Shown: one piece after another, positions 51,355 to 63,900 of the stretch
Layout: each line of letters starts with the position of its first letter
Numbering within the stretch: the stretch's first letter is position 1
Assembly (NCBI GenBank): GCA_951406725.2
Contig: OX597827.1
Span: forward strand, 63,364,001 to 63,428,000
Direction: 5' to 3'
DNA length: 64,000 nucleotides
Source: Octopus vulgaris
Lineage: Eukaryota
Made by a program: the position numbers and the translations under genes
Notes under the pieces: generated by a model
The model's database searches: none
What the model was told of the DNA's origin: nothing
The model's input: only the letters and a program-made list of their open reading frames with translations

Positions 51355-51563
51355 ACCTTTTAGCATTCATATTACTTTGTCAAATGTAAAGCATTGTTTT
51401 GAACTGATCAGATATTATCCCACAGTTTTAAGATTTCGCTGATGCGATTGTTTATTTTTAAAATGACATTGTGGGGTAGATACGAGAAGCCAGATCTGGC
51501 TGACTTGAATATAAAGCAGGTAGAATAATTTGGCCGGATATGGTCAGTTTAAGTGCGAAAGGG
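51355..51563. mobile_element. Degenerate piggyBac-type MITE
   Basis: Ends ATAA-CCTTTTAGCATTCA ... TTAAGTGCGAAAGGG-ATAA, with an ATAA (TTAA-like) tetramer on both sides. Confidence 0.5.
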
Positions 51564-51699
51564 ATAAATATTTTCGCTCTCGTACACACAGAGAAATATG
51601 TTCACATTCACAAACACAAAGATAGATGTGGGGAGGGAGCGAGGAAAACATAAAAACTACTGATGTTAAATATGCCAGTGTCGAATCAGTGATACGCAA

Positions 51700-51870
51700 A
51701 ACAGCTGTGCCAAACGGCTGTACCAAATTTCTGTGGCAAGCAGCTGTGCCAAACGGCTGTACCAAATTACTGTGGCAAACAGCTGTGCCAAACAGCTGTA
51801 CCAAATTGCTGTGGCAAACAGCTGTGCCAAACGGCTGTACTAAATTGCAATGGCAAGCAGCTGTGCCAAG
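51700..51870. repeat. 39-bp minisatellite, ~4.3 copies
   Basis: CAGCTGTGCCAAACGGCTGTACCAAATTACTGTGGCAAA starts at 51702, 51741, 51780, 51819 and 51858. Confidence 0.92.
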
Positions 51871-52874
51871 TTAAATGAGCATTAACATACCAACAGTTTC
51901 AGTAAGGAAGAAATTTCACGGCCGCATCAAAATACAAGCCATAAAGAGCACATGGGCCAAAATGCATACCGATCTCAAAATTTATTGCTATAAAGATGCT
52001 ACTGTCTGAGATAGACTTTATATCGACGATATGTACTATAGGACTATTTACATCTCGAAAACACTCAGTTAAAATCCTCGAATCCACAACTATAATGCGA
52101 GGTCGCAGAATTTCTGATTACCTCTTGTGTCACCCCATATTTACAATATTGAAAAACTCCAACAAAAGAACTAAACTTTTTCTTCGGGACAAGAAGATAT
52201 TTCAACTCTTCTCAGTTACTGACTCGCTATACAGCTCAAATAACATGTCTCTTGATGTTGGTGGCGTAATATTGTCCTAAAATAACCTCAAGAACGTACA
52301 GGGTATCTTAGAGTAGTGGTTCCCAACCACATATCTGTGGATCATTGAGTAGAAGACCATACTGAAAGAATAAATTTTAAAATTCAGTTTCTATCTTATC
52401 ACTGACAGCAGGGTGGTTTTGTATGATATATATATATATATATTGGTAGTTTTGACTTTAAGAGTCCCTCTTAGCGTGCGACATTTATATGTAATAATGC
52501 CCTCTATATAATATAAATAAATAAATATATTCAAGTGGAAAAAATTTACAGATTTTTTTCTCTTATGAGGTTTTTCACGCTAAACTACTTGATAATTTCT
52601 TATGAAGATTTTATCCTATTTTTAAATTATATATATATATATATTCTTCTCTACTCTGGGCACAAGGCCAGAAATTTTTGGGGAACGGGGCCAGTCGTTC
52701 CTAGTACGCAACATAATTTAACGACTGCGAAAGAAAGACAAAGGCAACCTCGGCAGAATTTGAACTCAGAACGTTAAGCCAAACGAAAACCCGAAGTATT
52801 TCGTCCGGCGTGCAAACGTTTCTGCCAGCTCACTGCCTTATGATATTTATATATTGTATATGTAATATGTTAAA

Positions 52875-53262
52875 TGCATGGCTTTGTGGTTAGTGTGTTG
52901 GACTCGTGATCGTAAAATTGTAGTTTCGATTCCTGGACAAGGCGATGCGTTGTGTTCTTGAGCAAAGCACTTCATTTCATGTTGCTCCTGTTTACTCATC
53001 TGGTAAAAATGATTAATTAAAAGTGGTGTGGACGGTTTAGCTTAATTGGTTCAGAGCATCGCGACGCATAATCACGGAGGTGTGAGTTCGAGTCTCATAG
53101 CCGGCCGCCAACACTTTTTAACGGCGGTGCATCAGCATGGCCACATCTATAAGCTGAAATTACAGCAAAAAAAAGTCCTGCGACGGACCGGCGTCGCATC
53201 AAGGTAGGGATATATATACGCCAGACAAACCGGCAAAATGGCCTTATGCTCCTTACGGAGTA
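52875..53262 (+). mobile_element. CORE+V-like SINE interrupted by a nested insertion
   Basis: Head and CORE run to ~53018; the host resumes with TCCTGCGACGGACCGGCGTC at ~53176. Confidence 0.75.
53030..53110 (+). tRNA. tRNA-Met(CAT)-like pseudogene / retroposon head
   Basis: Cloverleaf: acceptor GACGGTT/AGCCGGC (1 mismatch), D stem GCTT/GAGC, anticodon CAT at 53067-53069, T arm GTGAG-TTCGAGT-CTCAT. CCA at 53108-53110. U33 is replaced by G. Confidence 0.6.
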
Positions 53263-53368
53263 ATGTGGAATAACTATATATGTAAAGTATGGTGGTCTCA
53301 CCCGTCGAAGACACCGTATGTGTGTTCAGCTTTTTGCTGAACGACCGTCACAGATGGTTTGTTAATAG

Positions 53369-53587
53369 CAGTGGTTTTCAACAAGGGTTCCGCCGAACCT
53401 TAGGGATCCGCCAGTACAGTCCAGGGGTTCTGCAAGAAGTTACAAAACTTCTAAAATCGGCAGTAATTTTTAATTCTCCTGTGCAGATATGTGTGCATAA
53501 GACTATTAAATTATTGAACAGGGGTTCCTTGAGCCAGTGGAATGTTTCCTTGGGGTTCCGCTCCAGCAAAAAGTTTGAAAAGCACTG
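53369..53587. mobile_element. hAT (Charlie-type) MITE, 219 bp
   Basis: TIRs CAGTGGTTTTCAA / TTGAAAAGCACTG and 8-bp TSD GTTAATAG / GTTTATAG. Confidence 0.85.
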
Positions 53588-53839
53588 GTTTATAGTGATC
53601 AAATGTATGTGATGTGCATTAGCTCACGCCCTACATCAAATTGACGTTGCCTGAACAGGTGCACGGTTTGTCATGCATCAGGTGTCGCACTCAGCGCCGA
53701 GCGACGTAAGATGAAGGGCCTTGCTCAGGAACACAACGCACCAGTCGGTCAAGGAACTGAAACCACTATCTCGTGATCGTGATCGCAACACCCTAACCAT
53801 TAGGCCATGCGTCCACACTATGTAATAATTAAATTTTCC

Positions 53840-56363
53840 TTTATTCTTTTATTTGTTTCAATCATATGACTGTGGCCACGCTGAAGCACCGCCTTTAGTC
53901 GAAAAAATCGACCCCAGGCCTTATTCTTTGCAAGCCTAGTACGTATTTTATCAGTTTCTTTTACCGACCAACTAGGTTACGGAGACGTAAACACATCAAC
54001 ATCGGTTGTCAAGCGATGGTGGGCAGACAAACACAGACACGGGCTTCTTTCAGTTTCCGTCTGCCAAGTCCACTCACAAGGCTTTGGTCGGCCGTAGGCT
54101 ATAGTAGAAGACACCTTCCCAAGGTACCCAGAACCATGTAGTTCGTAAGCAACCTACTTACCACACAGCCACTCCTATGCCTATTGTTAAATTTAGCATC
54201 ATGCTGCCAAAGACCTAATTTATAACCCTGGACCATAACACTGGGCAGGGTATCCCTTACTACTTTAGTCGAACAAATCGACCCCAGGCCTTATTCTTTG
54301 CAAGCCAAGTACGTATTTTATCAGTTTCTTTTACCGACCAACTAGGTTACGGAGACGTAAACACATCAACATCGGTTGTCAAGCGATGGTGGGCAGACAA
54401 ACACAGACACGAGCTTCTTTCAGTTTCCGTCTGCCAAGTCCACTCACAAGGCTTTGGTCGGCCGTAGGCTATAGTAGAAGACACTTGCCCAAGGTACCCA
54501 GAACCATGTAGTTCGTAAGCAGCCTACTTACCACACAGCCACTCCTATGCCTATTGTTAAATTTAGCTTCATGCTGCCAAAGACCTAATTTATAACCCTG
54601 AACTATAACCCTGGGCAGGGTATCCCTTACTACTTTAGTCGAACAAATAGACCCCAGGCCTTATTCTTTGCAAGCCTAGTACGTATTTTATCAGTTTCTT
54701 TTGCCGACCAACTAGATTACGGAGACGTAAACACACCAACATCGGTTGTCAAGTGATGGTGGGTAGACAAACACAGACACGGGCTTCTTTCAGTTTCCGT
54801 CTGTCAAATCCACTCACAAGGCCTTGGTCGGCCGGAGGCTATAGTTGAAGACACTTGCCCAAGGTACTCAGAACCATGTAGTTTGTAAGCAACCTACTTA
54901 CCACACAACCACTCCTATGCCTATTGTTAAATTTAGCATCATGCTGCCAAAGACCTAATTTATAACCCTGGACCATAACACTTGGCAGGGTATCCCTTAC
55001 TACTTTAGTCGAACAAATCGACCCCAGGCCTTATTCTTTGCAAGCCTAGTACGTATTTTATCAGTTTCTTTTACCGACCAACTAGGTTACGGAGACGTAA
55101 ACACATCAACATCGGTTGTCAAGCGATGGTGGGCAGACAAACACAGACACGAGCTTCTTTCAGTTTCCGTCTGCCAAGTTCACTCACAAGGCTTTGGTCG
55201 GCCGTAGGCTATAGTAGAAGACACTTTCCCAAGGTACCCAGAACCATACTTACACACAGTAGTTCGTAAGCAGCCTACTTACCACACAGCCACCCCTATG
55301 CCTACTGTTAAATTTAGCATCATGCTGCCAAAGACCTAATTTATAACCATGGACCATAACCCTGGGCAGGGTCAAGCGATGGTGGGCAGACAAACACAGA
55401 CACAGGCTTCTTTCAGTTTCCGTCTGCCAAGTCCACTCACAAGGCTTTGGTCGGCCGTAGGCTATAGTAGAAGACACTTGCCCAAGGTACCCAGAACCAT
55501 GTAGTTCGTAAGCAGCCTACTTACCACACAGCCACTCCTATGCCTACTGTTAAATTTAGCTTCATCCCAAAGACCTAATTTATAACCCTGAACTATAACC
55601 CTGGGCAGGGTATCCCTTACTACTTTAGTCGAACAAATAGACCCCAGGCCTTATTCTTTGCAAGCCTAGTACGTATTTTATCAGTTTCTTTTGCCGACCA
55701 ACTAGATTACGGAGACGTAAACACACCAACATCGGTTGTCAAGTGATGGTGGGTAGACAAACACAGACACGGGCTTCTTTCAGTTTCCGTCTGTCAAATC
55801 CACTCACAAGGCCTTGGTCGGCCGGAGGCTATAGTTGAAGACACTTGCCCAAGGTACTCAGAACCATGTAGTTTGTAAGCAACCTACTTACCACACAACC
55901 ACTCCTATGCCTATTGTTAAATTTAGCTTCATGCTGCCAAAGACCTAATTTATAACCCTGGACCATAACACTTGGCAGGGTATCCCTTACTACTTTAGTC
56001 GAACAAATCGACCCCAGGCCTTATTCTTTGCAAGCCTAGTACGTATTTTATCAGTTTCTTTTACCGACCAACTAGGTTACGGAGACGTAAACACATCAAC
56101 ATCGGTTGTCAAGCTTGATGGTGGGCAGACAAACACAGACACGAGCTTCTTTCAGTTTCCGTCTGCCAAGTTCACTCACAAGGCTTTGGTCGGCTGTAGG
56201 CTATAGTAGAAGACACTTGCCCAAGTACCCAGAACCATGTAGTTCGTAAGCAGCCTACTTACCACACAGCCACCCCTATGCCTACTGTTAAATTTAGCAT
56301 CATGCTGCCAAAGACCTAATTTATAACCCTGAACTATAACCCTGGGCAGGGTATCCCTTACTA
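53840..56363 (-). repeat. 370-bp tandem array built from a CORE SINE plus ~85 bp of flank (6 full units + 1 partial)
   Basis: TTTAGTCGAA unit starts at 53894, 54264, 54634, 55004, 55624 and 55994. Confidence 0.95.
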
Positions 56364-56397
56364 GACGAAGTCAGCCAGCGCCAGATAATCATAGATA

Positions 56398-56540
56398 TCT
56401 ATTTCTTTACTACCCACAAGGGGCTAAACACGGAGAGGACAAACAAACGGATGAAGTCGATTACATCGACCCCAGTGCGTAACTGGTACTTTTTTAAATC
56501 GACCCCGAAAGGATGAAAGGCAAAGTCGACCTCGACGGCG
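56398..56540 (-). mobile_element. 5'-truncated Meta-like SINE
   Basis: Family of 13884. Confidence 0.85.
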
Positions 56541-56948
56541 ACGGCGTCATTACTCCCTGAAAATAGCTGAAATACTTACCCCGCTATTTTATTTCGTTTA
56601 AAATATAAATATTAATACGCTTATTGTCGATAGCAAAAAAAAACAACAACAAAAAAAACAAATGACCACACAAACAAACAAACAAAAAAAAAAACAAAGA
56701 AATCTGCTCACATTAAAACTGAAATTGATGTGGCTAATAAAAATATGTTTCTTTGATATTCGGAACGTTTCGCTCAATAGATCGTGAAGCTGTAATGTTT
56801 TATGTATGCTAGATTTGTTGTCCAATCATCACTGCACAATTGCAGTCACCCTATACCGAAGCATTCATAATGAAAATTTTAGTCTTGGTGAGAATCGATC
56901 AATAAAATTACTAGTTTAGACTATTGGGATCGATTATTATTATTATTA

Positions 56949-57006
<58 letters not shown>

Positions 57007-57010
57007 CATC

Positions 57011-57081
<71 letters not shown>

Positions 57082-57749
57082 GATTATCATTATTATTATT
57101 ATTATTATTATTTGGTGTATTGAAGAAGAATAAGCAATTTATTGAAAGGAAAATTTTAGCAAAAAATCTCGTGTGGCCCCTCAAGGGTTACAACGACTTA
57201 GGTTGAGAACCACTGACCTAGGTACTTAAAATACGGTTACATAAAATACAGTCCTCTACAACTATTTTTTTCAAAACAACGAAGGTGCCCTGAAACAATG
57301 AAGACGAGAACTGTCGAGCCGAGTAGGTGTCCTCCGAGTCAATCATGGGCTAAATGCGGCCCGAGGGACTTCCTGAATGACACGCCTGACGAAAAATTAT
57401 TTTGACTTTTATTTATTATTTTTTTTTCTTTAGAAGTGCTAAAACTGAGTATGTTACAAAGAACTCCCTGAAAATTTTATAATCCAATTAAGAAATGATA
57501 AAAAGGTAAGCAAGCGTGTCTGGTATCTCCCGGAAAAAGGAAGGACTGAGCACACAGATGAGTTAAGAGTAAGCAAGAAAATTGTTTAATGTCATGGCTT
57601 TCATGTGATTTGGCTTGAAATATTTCAAATTTTTGCCAGTAAGATTTACTCAATATGAATGATTTATAAATCTATGGATTTCTTTCTTTACTGGTTTAAC
57701 AAATTTATTCAGTGATATGAAAATTAAAAAAAAAATTTAATCTGGCAAT

Positions 57750-58140
57750 CCGTCGCTTACGACGTGAAGGGTTCCAGTCAATCCAATTAATAGAACAGAC
57801 AGCTCGTGAAATTAATGCGCAAGTGGCTGAGCACTCCACAAACTGGTTCCCTTAACGTAGCTCTCAGGGAGATTGTGACAAGGCTGGCCCTTTGAAATAG
57901 AAGTACTATTCATGTTAGCCAGCTGAGTGGACTGGAGCAACATGAAATAAAGTATCTTGCTGAAGGACACAACACGCCGCCGGGTACCGAACTCGCGACC
58001 TTACGATCGTGACCCGAATATCCTAAGCACTTAGTGACGCGCCTTCATTATTCGGGAGATTGTGACAAGGCTGGCCCTTTGAAATAGAAGTACTATTCAT
58101 GTTAGCCAGCTGAGTGGACTGGAGCAACATGAAATAAAGA
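57750..58140 (-). mobile_element. CORE + Nin/Deu-like SINE with an adjacent ~85-bp duplicated segment
   Basis: GGGAGATTGTGACAAGG...ATGAAATAAAG occurs at ~57867 and ~58054. Confidence 0.8.
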
Positions 58141-58255
58141 GGGTCTCACTACAGGAATCGAAGAAGGGTGCACACATTGCAGGGCTGACACAGGGCAACC
58201 ATATACACTGGCATCCATCGTGCTTAATGTGGTCGCTCTCTTGCTTTTGAGTGAC

Positions 58256-59503
58256 AGCACGAGGTCTAGTGGTTAGGATGTGAGAGCACGAGGTCTAGTG
58301 GTTAGGATGTGAGAGCACGAGGTCTAGTGGTTAGGATGTGAGAGCACGAGGTCTAGTGGTTAGGATGTGAGAGCACGAGGTCTAGTGGTTAGGATGTGAG
58401 AGCACGAGGTCTAGTGGTTAGGATGTGAGAGCATGAGGTCTAGTGGTTAGGATGTGAGAGCACGAGGTCTAGTGGTTAGGATGTGAGAGCACGAGGTCTA
58501 GTGGTTAGGATGTGAGAGCACGAGGTCTAGTGGTTAGGATGTGAGAGCACGAGGTCTACTGGTTAGGATGTGAGAGCACGAGATCTAGTGGTTAGGATGT
58601 GAGAGCACGAGGTCTAGTGGTTAGGATGTGAGAGCACGAGGTCTAGTGGTTAGGATGTGAGAGCACGAGGTCTAGTGGTTAGGATGTGAGAGCACGAGGT
58701 CTAGTGGTTAGGATGTGAGAGCACGAGGTCTAGTGGTTAGGATGTGAGAGCACGAGGTCTAGTGGTTAGGATGTGAGAGCACGAGGTCTAGTGGTTAGGA
58801 TGTGAGAGCACGAGGTCTAGTGGTTAGGATGTGAGAGCACGAGGTCTAGTGGTTAGGATGTGAGAGCACGAGGTCTACTGGTTAGGATGTGATCGAGCTT
58901 AATCCGTTGTCTAGTCCTTGTTTGTCACGAGTGTCTAGTGGTTAGGATGTGAGAGCACCTTGTTAGATAAGAAACAGATTAAGATGTGAGAGCAGGAGGT
59001 CTAGTGGTTAGGATGTGAGAGCACGAGGTCTAGTGGTTAGGATGTGAGAGCACGAGGTCTAGTGGTTAGGATGTGAGAGCACGAGGTCTAGTGGTTAGGA
59101 TGTGAGAGCACGAGGTCTAGTGGTTAGGATGTGAGAGCACGAGGTCTAGTGGTTAGGATGTGAGAGCACGAGGTCTAGTGGTTAGGATGTGAGAGCACGA
59201 GGTCTAGTGGTTAGGATGTGAGAGCACGAGGTCTAGTGGTTAGGATGTGAGAGCACGAGGTCTAGTGGTTAGGATGTGAGAGCACGAGGTCTAGTGGTTA
59301 GGATGTGAGAGCACGAGGTCTAGTGGTTAGGATGTGAGAGCACGAGGTCTAGTGGTTAGGATGTGAGAGCACGAGGTCTAGTGGTTAGGATGTGAGAGCA
59401 CGAGGTCTAGTGGTTAGGATGTGAGAGCACGAGGTCTAGTGGTTAGGATGTGAGAGCACGAGGTCTAGTGGTTAGGGTGTGAGAGCACGAGGTCTAGTGG
59501 TTA
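58256..59503 (+). repeat. 29-bp tandem array (GAGGTCTAGTGGTTAGGATGTGAGAGCAC)n, ~40 copies, derived from a SINE 5' end
   Basis: Near-identical units. The last unit runs into B box GGTTTCGATTCCC and CORE at 59504-59605. Confidence 0.95.
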
Positions 59504-59609
59504 ATGGTTGATTGTAAGGTCGTGGTTTCGATTCCCGAACCAAGCCATGTGTTGTGTTCTTGAGCAAGACACTTCATTTCACATTCCTCCAGTTCACTCA
59601 GCTTTACAT

Positions 59610-60252
59610 TTTAGTTGCTTCAGTCATTGGACTACAGCCATGCTGGAGCACTGCCTTGAAGGGTTTAGTTAAACAAATCGACCCCAGGATTTAATTTATT
59701 TTAAAGACTGGTACTTATTTTACCGTCCTCTTTTGCCGAACTGCTAAGTTAGGGGCACAAACACAAAGACACGATACACATACGTACACACACACACACA
59801 CATACATACATACATACATACATACATACATACATACATACATACATACATACATACATACATACATACATACATACGTACGTACGTACATACATACGTA
59901 CGTACATACATACATACATACATACATACATACATACATACATACATACATACATACATACATACATACGTAAGTACATACGTACATACATACATACATA
60001 CATACATACGTACGTACATACGTACGTACATACGTACATACATACATACATACATACATACATACATACATACATACATACATACATACATTACGACAGC
60101 TTAGCTTCTGTCTACCAAATTTACCCACAAGTCTCTAGTTTGTGCGGAACTATAATTGAAGAAACTTGCCCAAGGTGCGGCACAGTGGGATTGAATCAAA
60201 GACCACACACTTGAGAAGCAAGCTTCTTACCACAAAGCCACGCCTACGCCTG
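59610..60252 (-). mobile_element. CORE-type SINE with long internal (CATA)n
   Basis: Family of 18515, more diverged. Confidence 0.8.
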
Positions 60253-60744
60253 CCATACAGCTACGCCAGTATATTTTTTCATTTTTTTCATCTAGTTTCA
60301 GTTCACGAGCTGTGGCCATGCTGGGGCACCGCCATTTAAAGAAATATGCTTAGCAGTAAATAATGTTTAAGAAATAGCCGGGGAGTTCAGCCTGCGGCGG
60401 AACTGCGTCCTGTTCAGGGGTTAGTTTTGTAATCTGTCACTTATATTCCATAGAAACCAAGTTATGCTCCGGTTTTAAGAATCCTGGAGCGCAGGACAGA
60501 CTTAAGGCTCGCTCTTTTGCTCTTAAACCTACACGTTAGTGGAGGCGCGTAGCTTAGCGGTTGGGCTCATGATCATGAGATTGTGGTTTCGATTACTGGG
60601 CCGGGCGATGTATTATGTTCTTGAGCAAAACACTTCATTTCACGTTGCTTTAGTTCACTCGGCTGGCAAAAATGAGTCATCCTGCCCTTATGCGTCAGCA
60701 TAACTCTAGAAGCGAACTTTACTTCTACTTACTAAACCTTCAGG

Positions 60745-60965
60745 TTTTCTTAACATGAAGTTCTTGTCCATGCTATCCGCCTTCATAACGTGACCAAAGA
60801 ACTTTAATCTTTTGTTATACAATCAATGCTTCCAAAGTACTCTGAAGTTTCACTTGCTGCAGTATTGATCTGTTTGTCCCAGTTTCCATCCTGGATATTC
60901 TCAATAATCTTCGCCGGCACCACATATCGAATGCACCAAAATTGTCCTTCTAGCTTGTTTGCTAA
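60745..60965 (-). pseudogene. RTE (BovB-like) LINE fragment
   Basis: Translates AFDMWCRRRLLRIS...TNRSILQQV...LEALI...RLKFFGHVMKADSMDK. Compare the RTE-BovB motif AFELWCWRRLLRV...YFGHLMRR.DSLEK. Confidence 0.8.
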
Positions 60966-61136
60966 CTTGTTTGTCCTGCTTCCGCATTACATACCATTTA
61001 CTACAAGTGCACCGCTACAACAGCACCCTAACAGGCTTCAACATCACTACACATCACATATACAGCCTGGCTAGCCGTGTACTGTACTATATATATATAT
61101 CTGCGTGTATGTATGTGTAAGTATATAAATGAATAA

Positions 61137-61168
<32 letters not shown>

Positions 61169-61171
61169 GCC

Positions 61172-61368
61172 TCTTTTACTTGTTTCAGTAATTTAGTCGA
61201 GCAAATCGATCCCAAGACTTATTCTTTGTAAACTTAGTACTTATTCTCTTGGTCTGTTTTGCCGAACCGCTAAGTTACGGGGACGTGAACACACCAGCAT
61301 CGGTTGTCAAGCGATGTTGTGGGGACAAACACAGATACACAAACACACACACACACACACACACACAC

Positions 61369-61411
<43 letters not shown>

Positions 61412-61557
61412 CGATAGGCTTCTTTCAGTTTCCCTCTACCAAATCCATTCACAAGGCTTTATTCGGCCTGAGAATATAGTAGAAGACACTTGGTGAAGGT
61501 GCCACGCAGTGAGATTGAACCCGGAACCATGTAGTTGGTAAGCAAGCTACTTACCAA
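61172..61557 (-). mobile_element. CORE-type SINE
   Basis: Belongs to the family of 18515. Confidence 0.88.
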
Positions 61558-61674
61558 GTATTAAGTAATTGTAATAAACCTAATTAAGGGATCATGAGGA
61601 TCATATATGCGTGTGTGTGAGTGTGTGCGTGTTTGTGTGTGTATACAGATACACACACACACACACACACACAT

Positions 61675-61723
<49 letters not shown>

Positions 61724-61726
<3 letters not shown>

Positions 61727-63361
61727 TTGCGGCCAAAATGTTCAGAACGGCATTGTTTTCGTCAAAAAAGTAGGTACAATTTTTTATCAAAGTTGTTTTA
61801 TATTCTATAATTTACACAGACAATAAATACAATATAATTTGTTATTGCCTGAGATTTTGGTGTAATTTGAGAGGATAATACAAAAGTCATGGATGATTTA
61901 GTGATTTACTGCAAAACCCATGGCGGCCAAAATGATCAGAACGGTTGCGTTTACTCTGTGTTTTAGTATATTGAACCGGCGAACTCTAATGTTTTGAATT
62001 TGTTTACTTGATGGTTCGTTTACTAAACATTAGTAAGAATATCCACAGTGTACTTTCTTTATATAATGCCACTTACTTCGTTACCAATTCGTCAGCAGAT
62101 TATTAAGCTTCGAAAGAAGGATAATTTAAGTATTGGGTCAATTGCAAAGATTGTTAACAAGTCAAAAAGTGTTGTTCACGGTATTCTTAAGGTCTACGAT
62201 GATTGTGGTTCGTGTGAAGCAAGAAAGTCTACAGGTAGGCCAAGAAAAACGACCAAGAGAGAAGATCGTGCTATGGTAAAGTTGGTTAAAAAGAACAGAT
62301 TTAAAACTGCTGCTGCTGCTGCTGTTTCTCGGGAAATGAGCATTGTACTGAAGAAAACTTTATCTTGAAAAACTGTGTCTCGTCGTTTAGTTGAACATGA
62401 CCTACCAGCAAGAGCACCTGCAGTGAAGCCACTGATCAGCTCCAAGAATAAAAAGTGTCGTCTTACCTTTGCAACCGAACATGTGTTGTGGTCTCAAGAA
62501 AAATGGCAAACGTTGCATTTCAGTGATGAATCTAAGTTTATGTTATTTGGCTCAGATGGGAAAAGGTACGTTCGTCGAAAAGTAGGTGAAAAATTGTCGA
62601 CTAAATGCCTTAAGACTAGTGTTAAATTCGGTGGAGGAAGTGTCATGGTTTGGGGGATGATATCTGGAGATGGTATGGGCCCTTTGGTGCGATTACATGG
62701 AAAGTAAAATGCAGGAGTTTATAAACAACTTGTAAAAGATCATGTCTTGCCTGTGCTGAGAAATTCAACTAAGCGACCACCCATATTCATGCAGGACAAT
62801 GCCCTATGTCACAAGGCTAAAGTTGTCATGAACTTCCTCAAGGCTGAAAAGGTTATTGTTATGGATTGGCCTGCTCAAAGCCCAGATCTCAATCCTATTG
62901 AAAATGTGTGGAATATTCTAGGAGAACGTTCGAAAGCCAGAAATCCTAAAACAACCGAGCAATTATGGAATGCCCATCAAGAAGAAAATTGAATAAGATC
63001 ACCCAGCAAGAAATTGAAAATTTAGTTTCCTCATACAGTCGAAGATGTCAAAGTCTGATTGAAGCTAAAGGGCTTCACGCTAAATATTAAATAATTCCGG
63101 TATTCTCTGTCATTTTTGATTATTTTGTTATTTTTTCAACCGTTCTGATCATTTTAGCCGGTATGGGTTTTGCAGTAAATCACTAAATCATCCATAAGTT
63201 TTGTATTTTCCTCTCACATTACACCAGAATCTCAGACAATAACAAATAATATCGTATTTATTGTCTGTGAAAATTATAGAATATAAAACAACTTTGATAA
63301 AAAAATTGTACCTACTTTTCTGACGAAAACAATGCCGTTCTGAACATTTTGGCCGCAACTG
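61724..63361 (+). mobile_element. Full-length Tc1-family transposon (1638 bp) with ~225-bp IR-DR terminal repeats
   Basis: TA|CAGTTGCGGCC...GGCCGCAACTG|TA. TIRs at 61724-61947 and 63137-63361. The DR GCGGCCAAAATG(T/A)TCAGAACGG lies at both ends of the TIR. Confidence 0.97.
62066..63090 (+). pseudogene. Tc1 DD34E transposase, inactivated
   Basis: Translates MPLTS...GRPRKTT...FSDESKF...GGGSVMVWG...QDNA-(34)-SPDLNPIE. In-frame stops at 62366 and 62705, and a frameshift near 62990. Confidence 0.95.
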
Positions 63362-63457
63362 TATATATAAGTAATTTAAAGAAGACAGAAAATGGAGAAA
63401 TGTCGATGAACAACAATTAACTTACAACAATTATTATTTACTAATTCAATATAAATA

Positions 63458-63633
63458 GGCGTAGGAGTGACTGTGTGGTAAGTAGCTTGCTTATCAACCA
63501 CATGGTTCCGAGTTCAGTCCCACTGCGCGGCACCTTGGGCAAGTGTCTTCTACAATAGCCTCGAGCCGACCAAAGCCTTGTGAGTGGATTTGGCAGACGG
63601 ACACTGAAAAAACCAGTCGTTTGTATGTATATG

Positions 63634-63699
<66 letters not shown>

Positions 63700-63900
63700 T
63701 ATGTGTGTGTTAGTGTGTCTGTTTGTCCTCCCACAACATCGCTTGACAACCGATACTGGTGTGTTTACGTCCGCGTAACTTAGCGGTTCGGCAAAACAGA
63801 CCGATAGAATAAGTACTAGGCTTACAAAGAATAAGTACTGGGGTCGATTTGCTCGACTAAAGGCGGTGCTCCAGCATGGCCACAGTCAAAACAAGTAAAG
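63458..63900 (+). mobile_element. Full-length CORE-type SINE
   Basis: Belongs to the family of 18515. Confidence 0.92.

Noticed and set aside
53030-53110. Functional tRNA-Met gene
   Set aside because: U33 is replaced by G, the acceptor and anticodon stems have mismatches, and it is nested in a SINE.
58256-59503. 29-bp array as CRISPR
   Set aside because: There are no spacers, and the unit is explained by a SINE head.
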